A stretch of DNA of 45,903 bases from Candidatus Falkowbacteria bacterium LH_S3 (GCA_023659985.1 JAGXOH010000002.1:1-45903), one strand, 5' to 3'. Shown: positions 9,807 to 19,940, counted from the first letter of the stretch. The notes: generated by a model from the letters alone, not told the origin. Made by a program: numbers and translations.

Positions 9807-10535
9807 TTAAGTCAATTTTTTATAAACATCTTTTAATTTGGCATTTTTGGACAGTTTCGCTTTATTTTTAAGTTCTTTAAAAGAGCCTGTTGTTATTAAC
9901 TTACCCTGACTTAAAACTCCAATAGTTTTGCTTATATTTGTAGCTACCGAAAGGTCATGAGTGGCAAGAAGTATAGCGCCTCCGTTTTTAGTAAAATTTA
10001 AGAATTTATTTTGAGCTATTTCAGCACTTACAGGATCTAAACCCACGATTGGTTCGTCTACTAAAAGAAGCTTTGGCTGGTGTAATAGTGCGGATAAAAT
10101 GGTAAATTTTTGCTTATTTCCTCTGGAATAGTCTTCATAATAGTTTTTTTCAATGCCAGCAAGATTAAATATTTTTAAAGAGAGGGGGATATTTTTTTGA
10201 ATGGTTTCTTTTTTCATGCCGTATAAAGAACCCATAAGATACAAAAATTCTTCTCCAGTTATAGAAGACCAAATTTCAGGTTTATCAGGTATGTATCCTA
10301 TGTTAGATTTGGTTTTGATCGGATGGTGGGTGGTGTCTAAGCCGTTAATGGTTATATTTCCCTTATCCTGGCGTAATAACCCGGCAATGGATTTTATGAT
10401 AGTGGTTTTACCTGAGCCGTTGGGTCCGATTATGGAAAAGATCCCTCCTTCTTCTATTTTAAGATTAATATTGTTAACAGCCTTAATAGAATTAAAATAT
10501 TTAGTTAAATTTGTAATTTTAAGGATAGCGGACAT
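9807..10535 (-). CDS. ABC transporter ATP-binding protein
   Basis: GPNGSGKTT, YSRGNKQK, LLLVDEP, ATH. Confidence 0.93.
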   Translation of the reverse strand: MSAILKITNLTKYFNSIKAVNNINLKIEEGGIFSIIGPNGSGKTTIIKSIAGLLRQDKGNITINGLDTTHHPIKTKSNIGYIPDKPEIWSSITGEEFLYLMGSLYGMKKETIQKNIPLSLKIFNLAGIEKNYYEDYSRGNKQKFTILSALLHQPKLLLVDEPIVGLDPVSAEIAQNKFLNFTKNGGAILLATHDLSVATNISKTIGVLSQGKLITTGSFKELKNKAKLSKNAKLKDVYKKLT

Positions 10536-10583
10536 AAGTGGGAGTTTATTATTAATTTTATTAAATTTTACCTTGTTTTGTTT

Positions 10584-12104
10584 TTATTGACCAGGTTTAT
10601 TATATTGAAGAGCCTCGGCTAAGTGTCTGGTTTGAATGTTTGAATTATTTTCTATATCAGCTATAGTGCGAGCTATTTTTAATATGCGAAAATAAGAACG
10701 AGGACTAATCCCTAATTTTTCTATGGCATCTTTTAATATTTGTTGACCTTGTTCTGTTACTTGGCAAAAATTTTTCGTTGCTTCTGAAGACATTTCTGAA
10801 TTAGTAAGGATTGAAAAATTTTTAAATCTTTTTGTTTGTATATATCTGGCTTGTTGGACTCGCTTTTTTATATCCCCTGATTTTTCTTTTTGTTTCTTAG
10901 ATGATAGTTTTTCAAATTTAATTCTTGGGACTTCAATATGAATATCAATTCGATCCAGTAGTGCACCTGATATTTTCTTGCCATAATTAGCTATTTGAGT
11001 GGCCGCGCATATACATTCCTTGTATTCGTCTCCATAGTATCCGCAAGGGCAAGGATTCATAGCCGCCACTAAGATAAAATCGGCTGGGAAAGAAATGCTT
11101 TTGTTGATCCTGGAAACATTAATTGTTCCATCTTCTAATGGTTGCCTAAGATTTTCCAAGATTTGTTTAGGAAATTCAGTTAATTCATCCAGAAATAATA
11201 CTCCACGATGAGCCAGAGATATTTCTCCTGGCTTTGGATAAGTGCCTCCTCCTATCAATGCTACAGCTGAAGCGGAATGATGAGGAGCTCTAAATGGTCT
11301 TTGGGCTATTAACCCCATATTTAGATTTTTAAGTTCCCCTGCCGCGCTATGTATTTTGGTTATTTCTAAGGCTTCATCTATAATTAAATCAGGTAGGATA
11401 GAAGGAAAAGAGCGGGCTAATAAAGTTTTACCTGAACCTGGAGGTCCGGTCATAGCTATATTATGATTTCCTGCTGCAGCTATTTCTAAGGCTCTTTTAG
11501 CATGTTCTTGTCCTTTAATATGGGCCATATCAAAGACATGCTCGTTATTAGACAAATCAAAGTCTGTAGAAGGTGTCTGGTTTAAAACTTGTTCTCCGTT
11601 AATATGTTTTAGAGCTTGACTTAAGCTATCCAAAGCATAAATCTCTATTCCTTTTATCAAGCCGGCTTCAGATGCGTTAGAAGAGGGGACAAACAGTGTG
11701 GATATGCCTTGTTCTTTAGCTTTTATAGCCATAGACAATATTCCGTTTATAGGCCTAATATTTCCATTCAAAGCAAGTTCTCCTATAAAAAGTTTGTTTT
11801 TTATTTGCTCGGCATTTATATGGTGGGTGGCACACAAAATGCTTATAGCTATGGGCAAATCTAAACTTGGACCATGCTTTTTAATATAAGCAGGGGCTAA
11901 ATTAATAGTTATTTTTAATCTGGGAAAACGAAGGTCGGAGTTTTTAATAGCGCTACGCACTCTTTCTTTAGCCTCGGAAACTGCAGTGTCAGGTAGTCCC
12001 ACAATGGAAACTACTCCATATTCCCCACCTCCGGTATCCGCTTCTACTTCTAATAACTCTGCGTCTACGCCTAATACTGTAGCTGATATTATTTTAGAAG
12101 ACAT
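10584..12104 (-). CDS. comM: ComM/YifB Mg-chelatase-like AAA+ ATPase
   Basis: VGLPDTAVSEAKERV, GPPGSGKTL, RPFRAPHH, GEISLAHRGVLFLDE, MNPCPCG. Confidence 0.95.
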   Translation of the reverse strand: MSSKIISATVLGVDAELLEVEADTGGGEYGVVSIVGLPDTAVSEAKERVRSAIKNSDLRFPRLKITINLAPAYIKKHGPSLDLPIAISILCATHHINAEQIKNKLFIGELALNGNIRPINGILSMAIKAKEQGISTLFVPSSNASEAGLIKGIEIYALDSLSQALKHINGEQVLNQTPSTDFDLSNNEHVFDMAHIKGQEHAKRALEIAAAGNHNIAMTGPPGSGKTLLARSFPSILPDLIIDEALEITKIHSAAGELKNLNMGLIAQRPFRAPHHSASAVALIGGGTYPKPGEISLAHRGVLFLDELTEFPKQILENLRQPLEDGTINVSRINKSISFPADFILVAAMNPCPCGYYGDEYKECICAATQIANYGKKISGALLDRIDIHIEVPRIKFEKLSSKKQKEKSGDIKKRVQQARYIQTKRFKNFSILTNSEMSSEATKNFCQVTEQGQQILKDAIEKLGISPRSYFRILKIARTIADIENNSNIQTRHLAEALQYNKPGQ

Positions 12105-12179
12105 AATAATTGTTGAATTATAGTTCTTGGGCTGGAAAAAACATAAATTTTATTATTAAATGGCTTGTAAGAACCTAAA

Positions 12180-14795
12180 TTATTTAGTCACTTTTTCCGC
12201 TTCTTCCATTTTTAAACTTAATAATTTAGTGATACCGTTTTCACTCATAGTTGTGCCGTATAAAATATTAGCTTTATGCATAGAAGAACGATCATGTGTT
12301 ATAATGATAAATTGGGTTTTATGAGAGATCTCTTCCAATATTTGCGCAAATTTTTTGGAGTTAGCTTCATCTAAGGTGGCATCAACCTCGTCTAAGACCA
12401 CAAAAGGGGCAGGATTGGCTTTTATTATGGCGCAAATTAAAGCTATGGAGGTAAGAGCCTTCTCTCCTCTGGATAGCATAGATAAGGAGGTTATTTTTTT
12501 GCCCGGAGGAGTAGCTTGAATATCTATTCCTGCTAAACCTGTAGAATTATATTTAGTCAATTTTTTAATATAAGATTCTTCTGTATTAGAGCTCTCTTCC
12601 TCTTCCGCATCTAATTGTTGTTGAGGAATTTTAATAATTTTAGCATATCCGCCTCCAAATAAAGATTTAAAATATTCTTCAAACTTTTGAGAAATAATCT
12701 TAAATTCCTTTTCAAATTTCTTTTTAATAGTGTTATCTAAATTTTTAATTATATCATTTAAATTTTTAATACCTTTACTTAAATCAGTGGTTTGGCTCTG
12801 TAGAAAATCATATTTTTGTTTAGTGGTTTCATATTCATTTTCCACTTCAGGGTCTATACCTCCTATAAGGTCTAATTGATTTTTAATTTTGTCTATTCTT
12901 TTTTTAACCTCATCTACGTTAATTGATTGTTGCGGTTTTTTCTCTTTAATTTCCTTCACTTTTCCCAACTCCTCTCTAATTTCAGATTCTAATTCCTGTA
13001 AAAGAGTTTCATATTTAGTGGCTGAGGTTTTTACTTGATTTAGTTCATTGTTTATATTGTTGATTTCTTGTTGGACACCTTGAATCTGCCTTTGAAAAGA
13101 AAAAAGTTTTTGGTTTTTTTCTTCTTTTTCTTGATGAATTTTTTCTATTTCATTTTTTAATTTTTTTATATCTTCATCTATTTTATTTAGCTCTTTCTCT
13201 ACTTTGTTTTTTTGTTTTAAAGTTTGTTCTTGCTCTTTTCCGCCTTGGTTCTTCTTAATTTTTTCATTTATATTTTCTTGTTCTTGTGTTTGTTTTTCCA
13301 AATTATCTTTTTGCCACTGCAGCTGTTGGCTTAATGAATCTTTTTCTACGGTTAGTTTGTTTGTAATTTTTAGAATTTCTTCTTTTTTATTTTGCCACTC
13401 TCTTAGATTTTTCTTGATCGTTTCTTGCTTTTCCGCTATATGACTAAAAGAGGATTGGTTTTTGTTGGTAACCAATTGAGATATTTGTTTAATAGTTTTC
13501 TCTATTGTTTGTATCAATGTGTTTCTTTTTTGCTGATCGTGTTCTTGTTTTAGCTTTTTTAGCTTTTCGTTTATATGTTCCACCTTTTGTTTTATCTGTT
13601 TTGTTGCAGGGGTTTGTTCTTGAGGTTCGGTTAAAGTTAATAGATCATTGTTTAATTTATCAATACTTTTATCTATTTCCTCTTTTTCTTCTTCAGCGTT
13701 TTTTAATTTATCCTTTTTTTCTTTTATATTGGAGTTTAGCGCTGATATTTCTTGTTCAGTCTGTTTTATTTGTTTTTTAAGCTCGCTTTCTTTGGAGTAA
13801 AGCCAAGAAAGATTAAATTTTCCTTTAGAATCCAAGTTAACTTCAATCTCCGCGTCTATGGTAGCCAGTTTTTTAACAACCGCTTCCCTTTGTTCTTGTC
13901 CTTTTTTAAGGTCTTGATTTTTAAGCACGATTTCTTGGGAGGCACTGTTGTCATACTCCATTTTATTAAGGTCTTGGTTGAGTTTATTGATTTTTTCTAC
14001 CAGATTTCCCTTTTTTTTATCTAAATTTAGGTATTTTTGATTATATTTTTGAAATTCATTATTAAGTTGATGCCAGCGGGTTTGATAATAAATATCTTGT
14101 TTTTCTTGCAATTCTTTTTTTATTTCTTTTTTTTGTTTAAGTTTATTGACTTGTTTAGTTAATGATTTTAGTCTGGGTTCTATTTCCTTAAGCAACATCT
14201 GAGCTTGGTTTAAATTTTCTTGGCTAGTGATTAATTTGTTCAAAGATCTTTCTCGTTTGATTTGATATTGCTTAACTCCAGTAGCTTCATCAAAAAAGTT
14301 TTTTTTCTCAGACGGAGTGGTTTTTAAAAATTCTTCCACCATCCCTTGGCCAATGACACTATAGGTTTTTTGTCCAAAATTAGCTTTAGCTAAAAGTATT
14401 TGTATGTCACTCAATTTGGTTTTGTTGTTGTTTATCAAATATTCGTTTTCTCCATTCCTATATAAACGTCTGCTTATAATTAATTCAGAGTAATCAATAG
14501 GTATTTGTTTATCTTCATTGTTTAGATAAAGAGAAACCTCAGCTATGCCCAGCCTGCCTTTTTTTGAAGAGCCGGAAAAAATAACATCTTCGTTGTTTTT
14601 GGCTCTTAAAGTTTTCATGCTTTGCTCACCCAGTGTCCATCTTATTGCGTCAGCAATATTTGATTTTCCTGAGCCGTTAGGCCCGACTATAGCGGCAACT
14701 CCCTTTTTGTCAGAATCTGCTCCCTTGGGAAAATATAAAACATTTTTATTGGCAAAAGATTTAAACCCCTGAATTTCAAGTTTTTCTAAAAACAT
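12180..14795 (-). CDS. smc: Chromosome segregation protein SMC (short, no recognisable hinge)
   Basis: GFKSFA, VGPNGSGKSNI, IGQG Q-loop, long coiled coil, PPGKK, LSRGEK, LDEVDATLD, ITH. Confidence 0.9.
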   Translation of the reverse strand: MFLEKLEIQGFKSFANKNVLYFPKGADSDKKGVAAIVGPNGSGKSNIADAIRWTLGEQSMKTLRAKNNEDVIFSGSSKKGRLGIAEVSLYLNNEDKQIPIDYSELIISRRLYRNGENEYLINNNKTKLSDIQILLAKANFGQKTYSVIGQGMVEEFLKTTPSEKKNFFDEATGVKQYQIKRERSLNKLITSQENLNQAQMLLKEIEPRLKSLTKQVNKLKQKKEIKKELQEKQDIYYQTRWHQLNNEFQKYNQKYLNLDKKKGNLVEKINKLNQDLNKMEYDNSASQEIVLKNQDLKKGQEQREAVVKKLATIDAEIEVNLDSKGKFNLSWLYSKESELKKQIKQTEQEISALNSNIKEKKDKLKNAEEEKEEIDKSIDKLNNDLLTLTEPQEQTPATKQIKQKVEHINEKLKKLKQEHDQQKRNTLIQTIEKTIKQISQLVTNKNQSSFSHIAEKQETIKKNLREWQNKKEEILKITNKLTVEKDSLSQQLQWQKDNLEKQTQEQENINEKIKKNQGGKEQEQTLKQKNKVEKELNKIDEDIKKLKNEIEKIHQEKEEKNQKLFSFQRQIQGVQQEINNINNELNQVKTSATKYETLLQELESEIREELGKVKEIKEKKPQQSINVDEVKKRIDKIKNQLDLIGGIDPEVENEYETTKQKYDFLQSQTTDLSKGIKNLNDIIKNLDNTIKKKFEKEFKIISQKFEEYFKSLFGGGYAKIIKIPQQQLDAEEEESSNTEESYIKKLTKYNSTGLAGIDIQATPPGKKITSLSMLSRGEKALTSIALICAIIKANPAPFVVLDEVDATLDEANSKKFAQILEEISHKTQFIIITHDRSSMHKANILYGTTMSENGITKLLSLKMEEAEKVTK

Positions 14796-15029
14796 GGTTA
14801 AAAGATTAAAAGTTCATTTTATACGCCTTATTATATAAAAAAATATGCTATTTAGTTGCTTGATAGCACATTTTTAAACAGTGGAACAGTTAAAGTGTTC
14901 TTGATTTTTATTATACATTATTTATAATAAATTTAAAAATAAATTTCATTGCCACATTATTGCATTGTCTTCTCTTTGTATCAAATGAATATAAATGGAA
15001 TAATTTAGTAATGGGACGATAAATATTTT

Positions 15030-15581
15030 ATGATAATTTCATTTAGTGGAGTGCCGGGAGCGGGCAAGAGTACTATAGCTAAAATGTTAGCCCAAAAATT
15101 GGGGTGGCCTCGTTATTATATGGGTAATCTTAGAAGACAAAAGGCGAAAGAAAGGGGTATGACATTAGAAGAGTATAATAAATTAGGAGAAACTGATCCT
15201 TCTACTGATTTAGAAGTGGATAGATATCAAGAAAAACTTGGAAAGGAAAAAGACGATTTTATTATAGAAGGAAGAACATCTTGGTATTTTATACCCCATT
15301 CCTTAAAAATATATTTGGATGTGGATTTAAATAAGGGATCAGAACGGATTTACTGGCAGTTAAAAGATAAAAATAATAAAAACAAAGGAGAAAAGCTAAA
15401 AACTCTGGAGCAAGCAAAAGAAACTACAATAAAAAGAATAGAAAGCGACAATAAAAGATACAATAAATATTTTGGTATAGATGTCTATAATAAAAACAAT
15501 TATAATATAGTTATAGATACAACTGATCTTGATACAGATCAAGTTTTCAAGAAGATTTGGGAAAAAATTGATTTAAAATAA
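15030..15581 (+). CDS. cmk: Cytidylate kinase family protein (archaeal-like short type)
   Basis: SGVPGAGKSTIAK, IIEGR, RY..YFGID, IVIDTT. Confidence 0.75.
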   Translation: MIISFSGVPGAGKSTIAKMLAQKLGWPRYYMGNLRRQKAKERGMTLEEYNKLGETDPSTDLEVDRYQEKLGKEKDDFIIEGRTSWYFIPHSLKIYLDVDLNKGSERIYWQLKDKNNKNKGEKLKTLEQAKETTIKRIESDNKRYNKYFGIDVYNKNNYNIVIDTTDLDTDQVFKKIWEKIDLK

Positions 15582-15767
15582 ACGGTTGACCTAAGGCCGT
15601 ATTTATTATAAAATTATTAAGCTTATATTTTAAAAACTAATCTTTAAAGATAGTTATTTAAATATTTGTTTGTTACCGGGTATATTATGTGTGATATATA
15701 GGGACAAACAATAAATTTAAATTTCCTTTTGGAGGTTTAAAAGATAATTCATAAAAATTTGTAAGAT

Positions 15768-16133
15768 ATGACTGAAGACAAAATAAACCAACAACCAGAA
15801 CAAAAAAAGGTTAATATGGTTGATTTAAAAACCGGAATGACGGTTAGGATCTACCAAAAAATAAAAGAACTTAATATGAAAAAGGAGGAAAGAGAAAGAA
15901 TTCAATATTTTGAAGGAATTGTTATTGGTAGAAAACATAATAAAGAAACAGGTGGCACTGTAACGGTTAGGCGTGTTTCCGGAGGAGTGGGAGTGGAAAA
16001 GATTTTCCCTATCAATTTACCCACTATTAATAAAGTGGAAATATTGAAACAAGCAAAAGTCAGACGCGCTAAATTATACTTCTTAAAACAAGGATATAAG
16101 AAAAAATTAAAAGAAACTTATTATAAACAATAA
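15768..16133 (+). CDS. rplS: 50S ribosomal protein L19
   Basis: ERIQYFEGIVI, TVRRVSGGVGVEKIFP, KVRRAKLYFL. Confidence 0.97.
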   Translation: MTEDKINQQPEQKKVNMVDLKTGMTVRIYQKIKELNMKKEERERIQYFEGIVIGRKHNKETGGTVTVRRVSGGVGVEKIFPINLPTINKVEILKQAKVRRAKLYFLKQGYKKKLKETYYKQ

Positions 16134-16148
16134 GAAATATCCAGGCGT

Positions 16149-16236
16149 GGGCGAGTGGTGGAATTGGTAGACACACAAGCTTGAGGGGCTTGGGGGAGAA
16201 GCTCCCGTGGAGGTTCAAGTCCTCTCTCGCCCACCA
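16149..16236 (+). tRNA. tRNA-Leu(GAG)
   Basis: GGGCGAG/CTCGCCC-A-CCA, CAAGC-TT-GAG-GG-GCTTG, long variable arm. Confidence 0.95.
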
Positions 16237-16289
16237 TTCAATTATTGATAATAAATCAAGTTTTTTTGAGTCAAATTCGTAATTAAACC

Positions 16290-16366
16290 GGACGCGTGGC
16301 TCAGTTGGTTAGAGTGCTTGGTTTACACCCAAGAGGTCCTAGGTTCAAATCCTAGCGCGTCCACCA
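16290..16366 (+). tRNA. tRNA-Val(TAC)
   Basis: GGACGCG/CGCGTCC-A-CCA, CTTGG-TT-TAC-AC-CCAAG. Confidence 0.96.
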
Positions 16367-16390
16367 GTTGAAAACTTTTTAATTATTATA

Positions 16391-16864
16391 ATGTTTGATT
16401 TAGAATGTAAAGCTATAGAAGAGCATGCAACTTACAGCCCAGAACAAACCCAAAAATTGGCTGCCAAATTCACCTCTTCTTTAAAGCTGGGAGATGTGGT
16501 AGGCTTGGTAGGCCAGTTAGGAGCTGGCAAAACTCAATTCGTTAAAGGGATGGCTCAGTACTTTGGGTATACTGAGAACGTGAATAGCCCCACTTTTGTG
16601 TTGATGCAGATCTATTCCATAGAAGGTAAAGATCAGTCCATAAAACAGCTTTGTCACGTTGATGCTTACAGAATTGTCTCATCCACTGATATTTTAAATA
16701 TTGGCATAGAAGAATACTTAGGGAGACAAGATACCCTAGTAGTGGTAGAGTGGCCGGAAAAGATTGTTAATATAATGCCTCAAAACACTATTTATATAGA
16801 ATTTTCTTTGGGTATGGAAAATGAAAATAAACGACTCATAACCATAAAAAAACCAGAAAAATAG
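16391..16864 (+). CDS. tsaE: tRNA t6A biosynthesis ATPase TsaE
   Basis: GQLGAGKTQF, VNSPTF, HVDAYR, VVEWPE. Confidence 0.95.
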   Translation: MFDLECKAIEEHATYSPEQTQKLAAKFTSSLKLGDVVGLVGQLGAGKTQFVKGMAQYFGYTENVNSPTFVLMQIYSIEGKDQSIKQLCHVDAYRIVSSTDILNIGIEEYLGRQDTLVVVEWPEKIVNIMPQNTIYIEFSLGMENENKRLITIKKPEK

Positions 16865-17192
16865 CTTTCTCTGGTTTGCTTTTTATGTCTTCACATCTTT
16901 TTTGGTAGATGCAACAGATATGGTTTTTAATGATCGTTTTGTCAATATAGAAACCATCCTGTGATTCTTGCGACGCTTCGGCTGCTATTACGAAAAAGTT
17001 GGATTTTAGATCCTTTTGATGGAGACTTTCTTGCAACGTTTTTAATGCGTCGCTTCTAGCCAATTCCTGTAAGTAATTAGAAGTTCTTATCATGTTATAT
17101 TTAGCACGTTCCAATAATTGGTTTGCAGTCTCTTCTCTTTCTAAAAATCTTTTTCTAAGTTCTTTCTGATTTTTTAAAGGTAAGATTGCCAC
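16836..17192 (-). CDS. Hypothetical protein (possibly frameshifted; true start may be near 17280)
   Basis: 118-aa ORF downstream of lspA with a GTG start. An upstream ORF MPNQAKPK.. in another frame overlaps it at an A-run. Confidence 0.4.
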   Translation of the reverse strand: MAILPLKNQKELRKRFLEREETANQLLERAKYNMIRTSNYLQELARSDALKTLQESLHQKDLKSNFFVIAAEASQESQDGFYIDKTIIKNHICCIYQKRCEDIKSKPEKAIFLVFLWL

Positions 17193-17303
17193 TTTCCAGT
17201 ATTTCTTGCAATTCCTCTTTTAGGAGCTGTTTGTTGTTTTTAGTAATATTTAGGTTTTTGGGCTTGGCTTGATTTGGCATTTTTTCTATAGACATATTCA
17301 AAG

Positions 17304-17765
17304 TTAATATTTTCGAGATACCAGAAAATAGAATAGTATTAAAATACCACTCACTATCATCACATCTGCAAGGTTTAAGACAGTTATATATTTTATGTGA
17401 ATGTAATCTATAACACCTCCAGTCAAAAAACGATCATAAAGATTACTAGCCGCTCCCAGTATTAATATTAATAAAGCAAAAAAATAATGATAATATTTTT
17501 TTTGTGCTAACCATAATAAATAGTATAGCAGGCCAAGCAATATAATACTTATCCCTGCTTCCAACCATTTACCCTGTAAGGGTATAGAGAAAGCAACATT
17601 GGTATTAATATGAGACTCAAAGGTGAGAATGTTTTTTATTATCGGAACTGATTCCTGAAAGTATTTTTTAACAATGAGAAATTTAAAAAAGCGATCTAAT
17701 GTAAAAAACAAAATTATTATTCCGCCACATACAATCTTTGTTTTGTTTATTTTGAGGCCGCCCAT
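17304..17765 (-). CDS. lspA: Lipoprotein signal peptidase II
   Basis: LDRFFK, NTNVAFS, GAASNLYDR, GVIDYI, NLADVMI. Confidence 0.92.
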   Translation of the reverse strand: MGGLKINKTKIVCGGIIILFFTLDRFFKFLIVKKYFQESVPIIKNILTFESHINTNVAFSIPLQGKWLEAGISIILLGLLYYLLWLAQKKYYHYFFALLILILGAASNLYDRFLTGGVIDYIHIKYITVLNLADVMIVSGILILFYFLVSRKY

Positions 17766-17779
17766 AAATTTTTAAAAAA

Positions 17780-18184
17780 CTAGCTCTGATTTTGCAATTT
17801 GGTTTTGCATTCAATACAAGCACTAGCTGTGGGGCGTGCCAATAATCTTTTTTCTTTTATAGTTCCTCCGCAATATTTACAGGTTCCGTAAGTGTCTTTC
17901 TCTATTCTATTCAGGGCATTATTAATATCTCGCAATTTTTTTTCTAGCACTTGTTCTGTGGCCAAGTTAGTTGTATATTCGCTTATTTCTTGAGCATTCT
18001 CATCTGGCTTATCTCCAAACTCCGGAAATTTAACCTTATATTCATCAGGATTATCTTCTTCTCTTTGACTTATGTCAGCTAAATCTTCTTCTAGTTGGCT
18101 TTTTCTTTTTAAGAGATCTTTTTTGATTTGCTCTACTGATTCAGGATTTAGCTTTTCAGTTGTGTTTTTTTCAGTGTTTGTCAT
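17780..18184 (-). CDS. TraR/DksA family C4 zinc-finger protein
   Basis: AL.RIEKDTYGTCKYCG..I...RL.ARP.ASACIEC. Confidence 0.9.
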   Translation of the reverse strand: MTNTEKNTTEKLNPESVEQIKKDLLKRKSQLEEDLADISQREEDNPDEYKVKFPEFGDKPDENAQEISEYTTNLATEQVLEKKLRDINNALNRIEKDTYGTCKYCGGTIKEKRLLARPTASACIECKTKLQNQS

Positions 18185-18344
18185 AAAAATATGGACTAAA
18201 ATTAAATAAAACCAAAATATTTTTGGTGATTAAAGTAGTAATTTCAATTATAGGCAATAAAAATTATTTTGGCAAGCTGACGTTTTAGAAACATCTTTAT
18301 TCATAAAAAATAGTACTTACTATAGTACTTACTATAGTATGCAC

Positions 18345-18511
18345 TAAATTAAGCAGAGCTTAATTGTTGAAAGTTGAAAGTTGAACGTTGAAAGAATAAT
18401 TTGCCTTCAGCAAATTGTTGAACGTTGAACGCCTAATGCCGAAAGCATTCTTACAGCTTACAGCTTTTGGCAATTTGCTGAAAGCAAATTTTCTAGCCTC
18501 TGCTTAATTTA
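18345..18511. repeat. MITE-like nested inverted-repeat element
   Basis: 14-bp TAAATTAAGCAGAG ... CTCTGCTTAATTTA. Inner pair AATTTGCCTTCAGCAAATTG / CAATTTGCTGAAAGCAAATT. GTTGAAA heptamers between. Confidence 0.6.
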
Positions 18512-18588
18512 AGGATGCTTGCTTAATTCAATAAACCATGTTATTGTTATAAAAATGTTTTAAAAATAAGATAATTTAAATATAATAT

Positions 18589-18726
18589 ATGCCTAAAAGA
18601 ACTTATCAGCCCAAAATTAGGCGAGGAAAGAGAAAACACGGTTTTTTGAAGCGAATGCGAAGCAAAGCTGGTAGACTTGTGCTTAAAAACAGAAGGCAAA
18701 AACAAAGAAAAAGGCTTTCCATATAG
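18589..18726 (+). CDS. rpmH: 50S ribosomal protein L34 (missing from the ORF track)
   Basis: Manual translation [45 protein letters not shown], upstream of rnpA. Confidence 0.97.
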   Translation: MPKRTYQPKIRRGKRKHGFLKRMRSKAGRLVLKNRRQKQRKRLSI

Positions 18727-18829
18727 TTCAATCGCAAATATAAAGCTTTTTAAAAACGTAATATTACGTTTTTTATTTTTTGTCATAGCAACATGATAAT
18801 TTTATGGCCCGCGCAATATAGAAATGTCA

Positions 18830-19175
18830 TACAATAAAATCCAAATGACAAAGTCCTAATGTCAAATATCAAAGCTTAAAACTTAAAGCTAAAAACTAAA
18901 AACTACAACTTAAAATTAAAAATTAAAAACTACAACTTAAAACTTCTTACTTTTTACTTCTTACCTCTTACTTTTTAACAATGTTTTAATTCAGTTTTGA
19001 ATTTTGAGTTTTGGTTTTGCGTTTTGCGTTTTGAGCTTTGAATTTCAACTATATTTCATTTATCATTAGGATTTTGGATTTCATTTGTCATTAGGATTTG
19101 GTCATTGGTCATTTATTTTAATAAAGTCCTAATGTCAAATGTTGTAACCTTGTAAATTATAAATTATAAATTAAT
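18830..19175. repeat. 7-mer mosaic tract with A-rich and T-rich mirror halves
   Basis: AAATCCA/AATGTCA/AAAACTA half followed by a TTTTGAG/TTTTGCG/TCATTAG half. Shares blocks with 1-142 and 34030-34170. Confidence 0.75.
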
Positions 19176-19314
19176 GGTAATCAGAGAATAAATCCAAAAA
19201 TTAATTAAAATTCATCGGTATGAAATTTCTAAATTGCCTTGACAACGTTTTTTATTTTTTAGTTAATTGGTATATAATGGATTATGAGTGATAGGTCAGT
19301 TATTGTTTTTAAAT

Positions 19315-19659
19315 ATGTTAAATAAAAAAAATAGGTTAACCAAAAAAAAAGAGATAGATTTGGTTTTTAACAAGGGTAAGAGTGGTTACAATAAGTATTT
19401 CGGAATAAAGATTGTGGAAAACAGATTAGGGTTTAGCAGGGTGGCTATAATTATTGGTTTAAGAGTAAGCAGAAAAGCTGTAACAAGAAATAAGGTCAAG
19501 AGAATAATAACCCACATATTAAAACAAGAATTTCCTGACTTAAAATCCACTTATGATATAGTAGTTGTGGTGTTGCCTCCGACTGTCAATCTTAGTTTTC
19601 AAGAATTAAAATATTCCATCCATTCCAACTTTTCTAAATTAGGGGTTTTTGAATTTTGA
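19315..19659 (+). CDS. rnpA: Ribonuclease P protein component
   Basis: MLNKKNRL, SRKAVTRNKVKR (RNR motif), operon context. ATG at 19315 preferred over GTG at 19288. Confidence 0.93.
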   Translation: MLNKKNRLTKKKEIDLVFNKGKSGYNKYFGIKIVENRLGFSRVAIIIGLRVSRKAVTRNKVKRIITHILKQEFPDLKSTYDIVVVVLPPTVNLSFQELKYSIHSNFSKLGVFEF

Positions 19660-19662
19660 TAT

Positions 19663-19917
19663 ATGATTAAATTTAAATATTACCCTAGATATATGGTTGT
19701 GGAAGTATTGCGTTTATATCAAAAGACGTTTTCCTTTGATTATGGTATTTTTAAGTACCTTTTTCCTTACGGACATTGCCGTTTTCATCCTACTTGTTCA
19801 CAATATGCTATTCAGGCCATTACTAAATACGGAATTATTAAAGGAGGCATAAAGGCTTGTTGGCGAGTTTTGAGATGCAATCCGTTCAATAAAGGCGGTT
19901 TTGATCCTCTTAAATAA
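19663..19917 (+). CDS. yidD: Membrane protein insertion efficiency factor YidD
   Basis: [11 protein letters not shown]...[15 protein letters not shown]. Confidence 0.96.
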   Translation: MIKFKYYPRYMVVEVLRLYQKTFSFDYGIFKYLFPYGHCRFHPTCSQYAIQAITKYGIIKGGIKACWRVLRCNPFNKGGFDPLK

Positions 19918-19940
19918 TTAAATGATTTAATTCAATTATT

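Noticed and set aside
641..14772. Numerous short plus-strand ORFs in the ORF track
   Set aside because: They are antisense to well-supported genes and show no motifs.
18547..18786. 79-aa minus-strand ORF
   Set aside because: Antisense shadow of rpmH.
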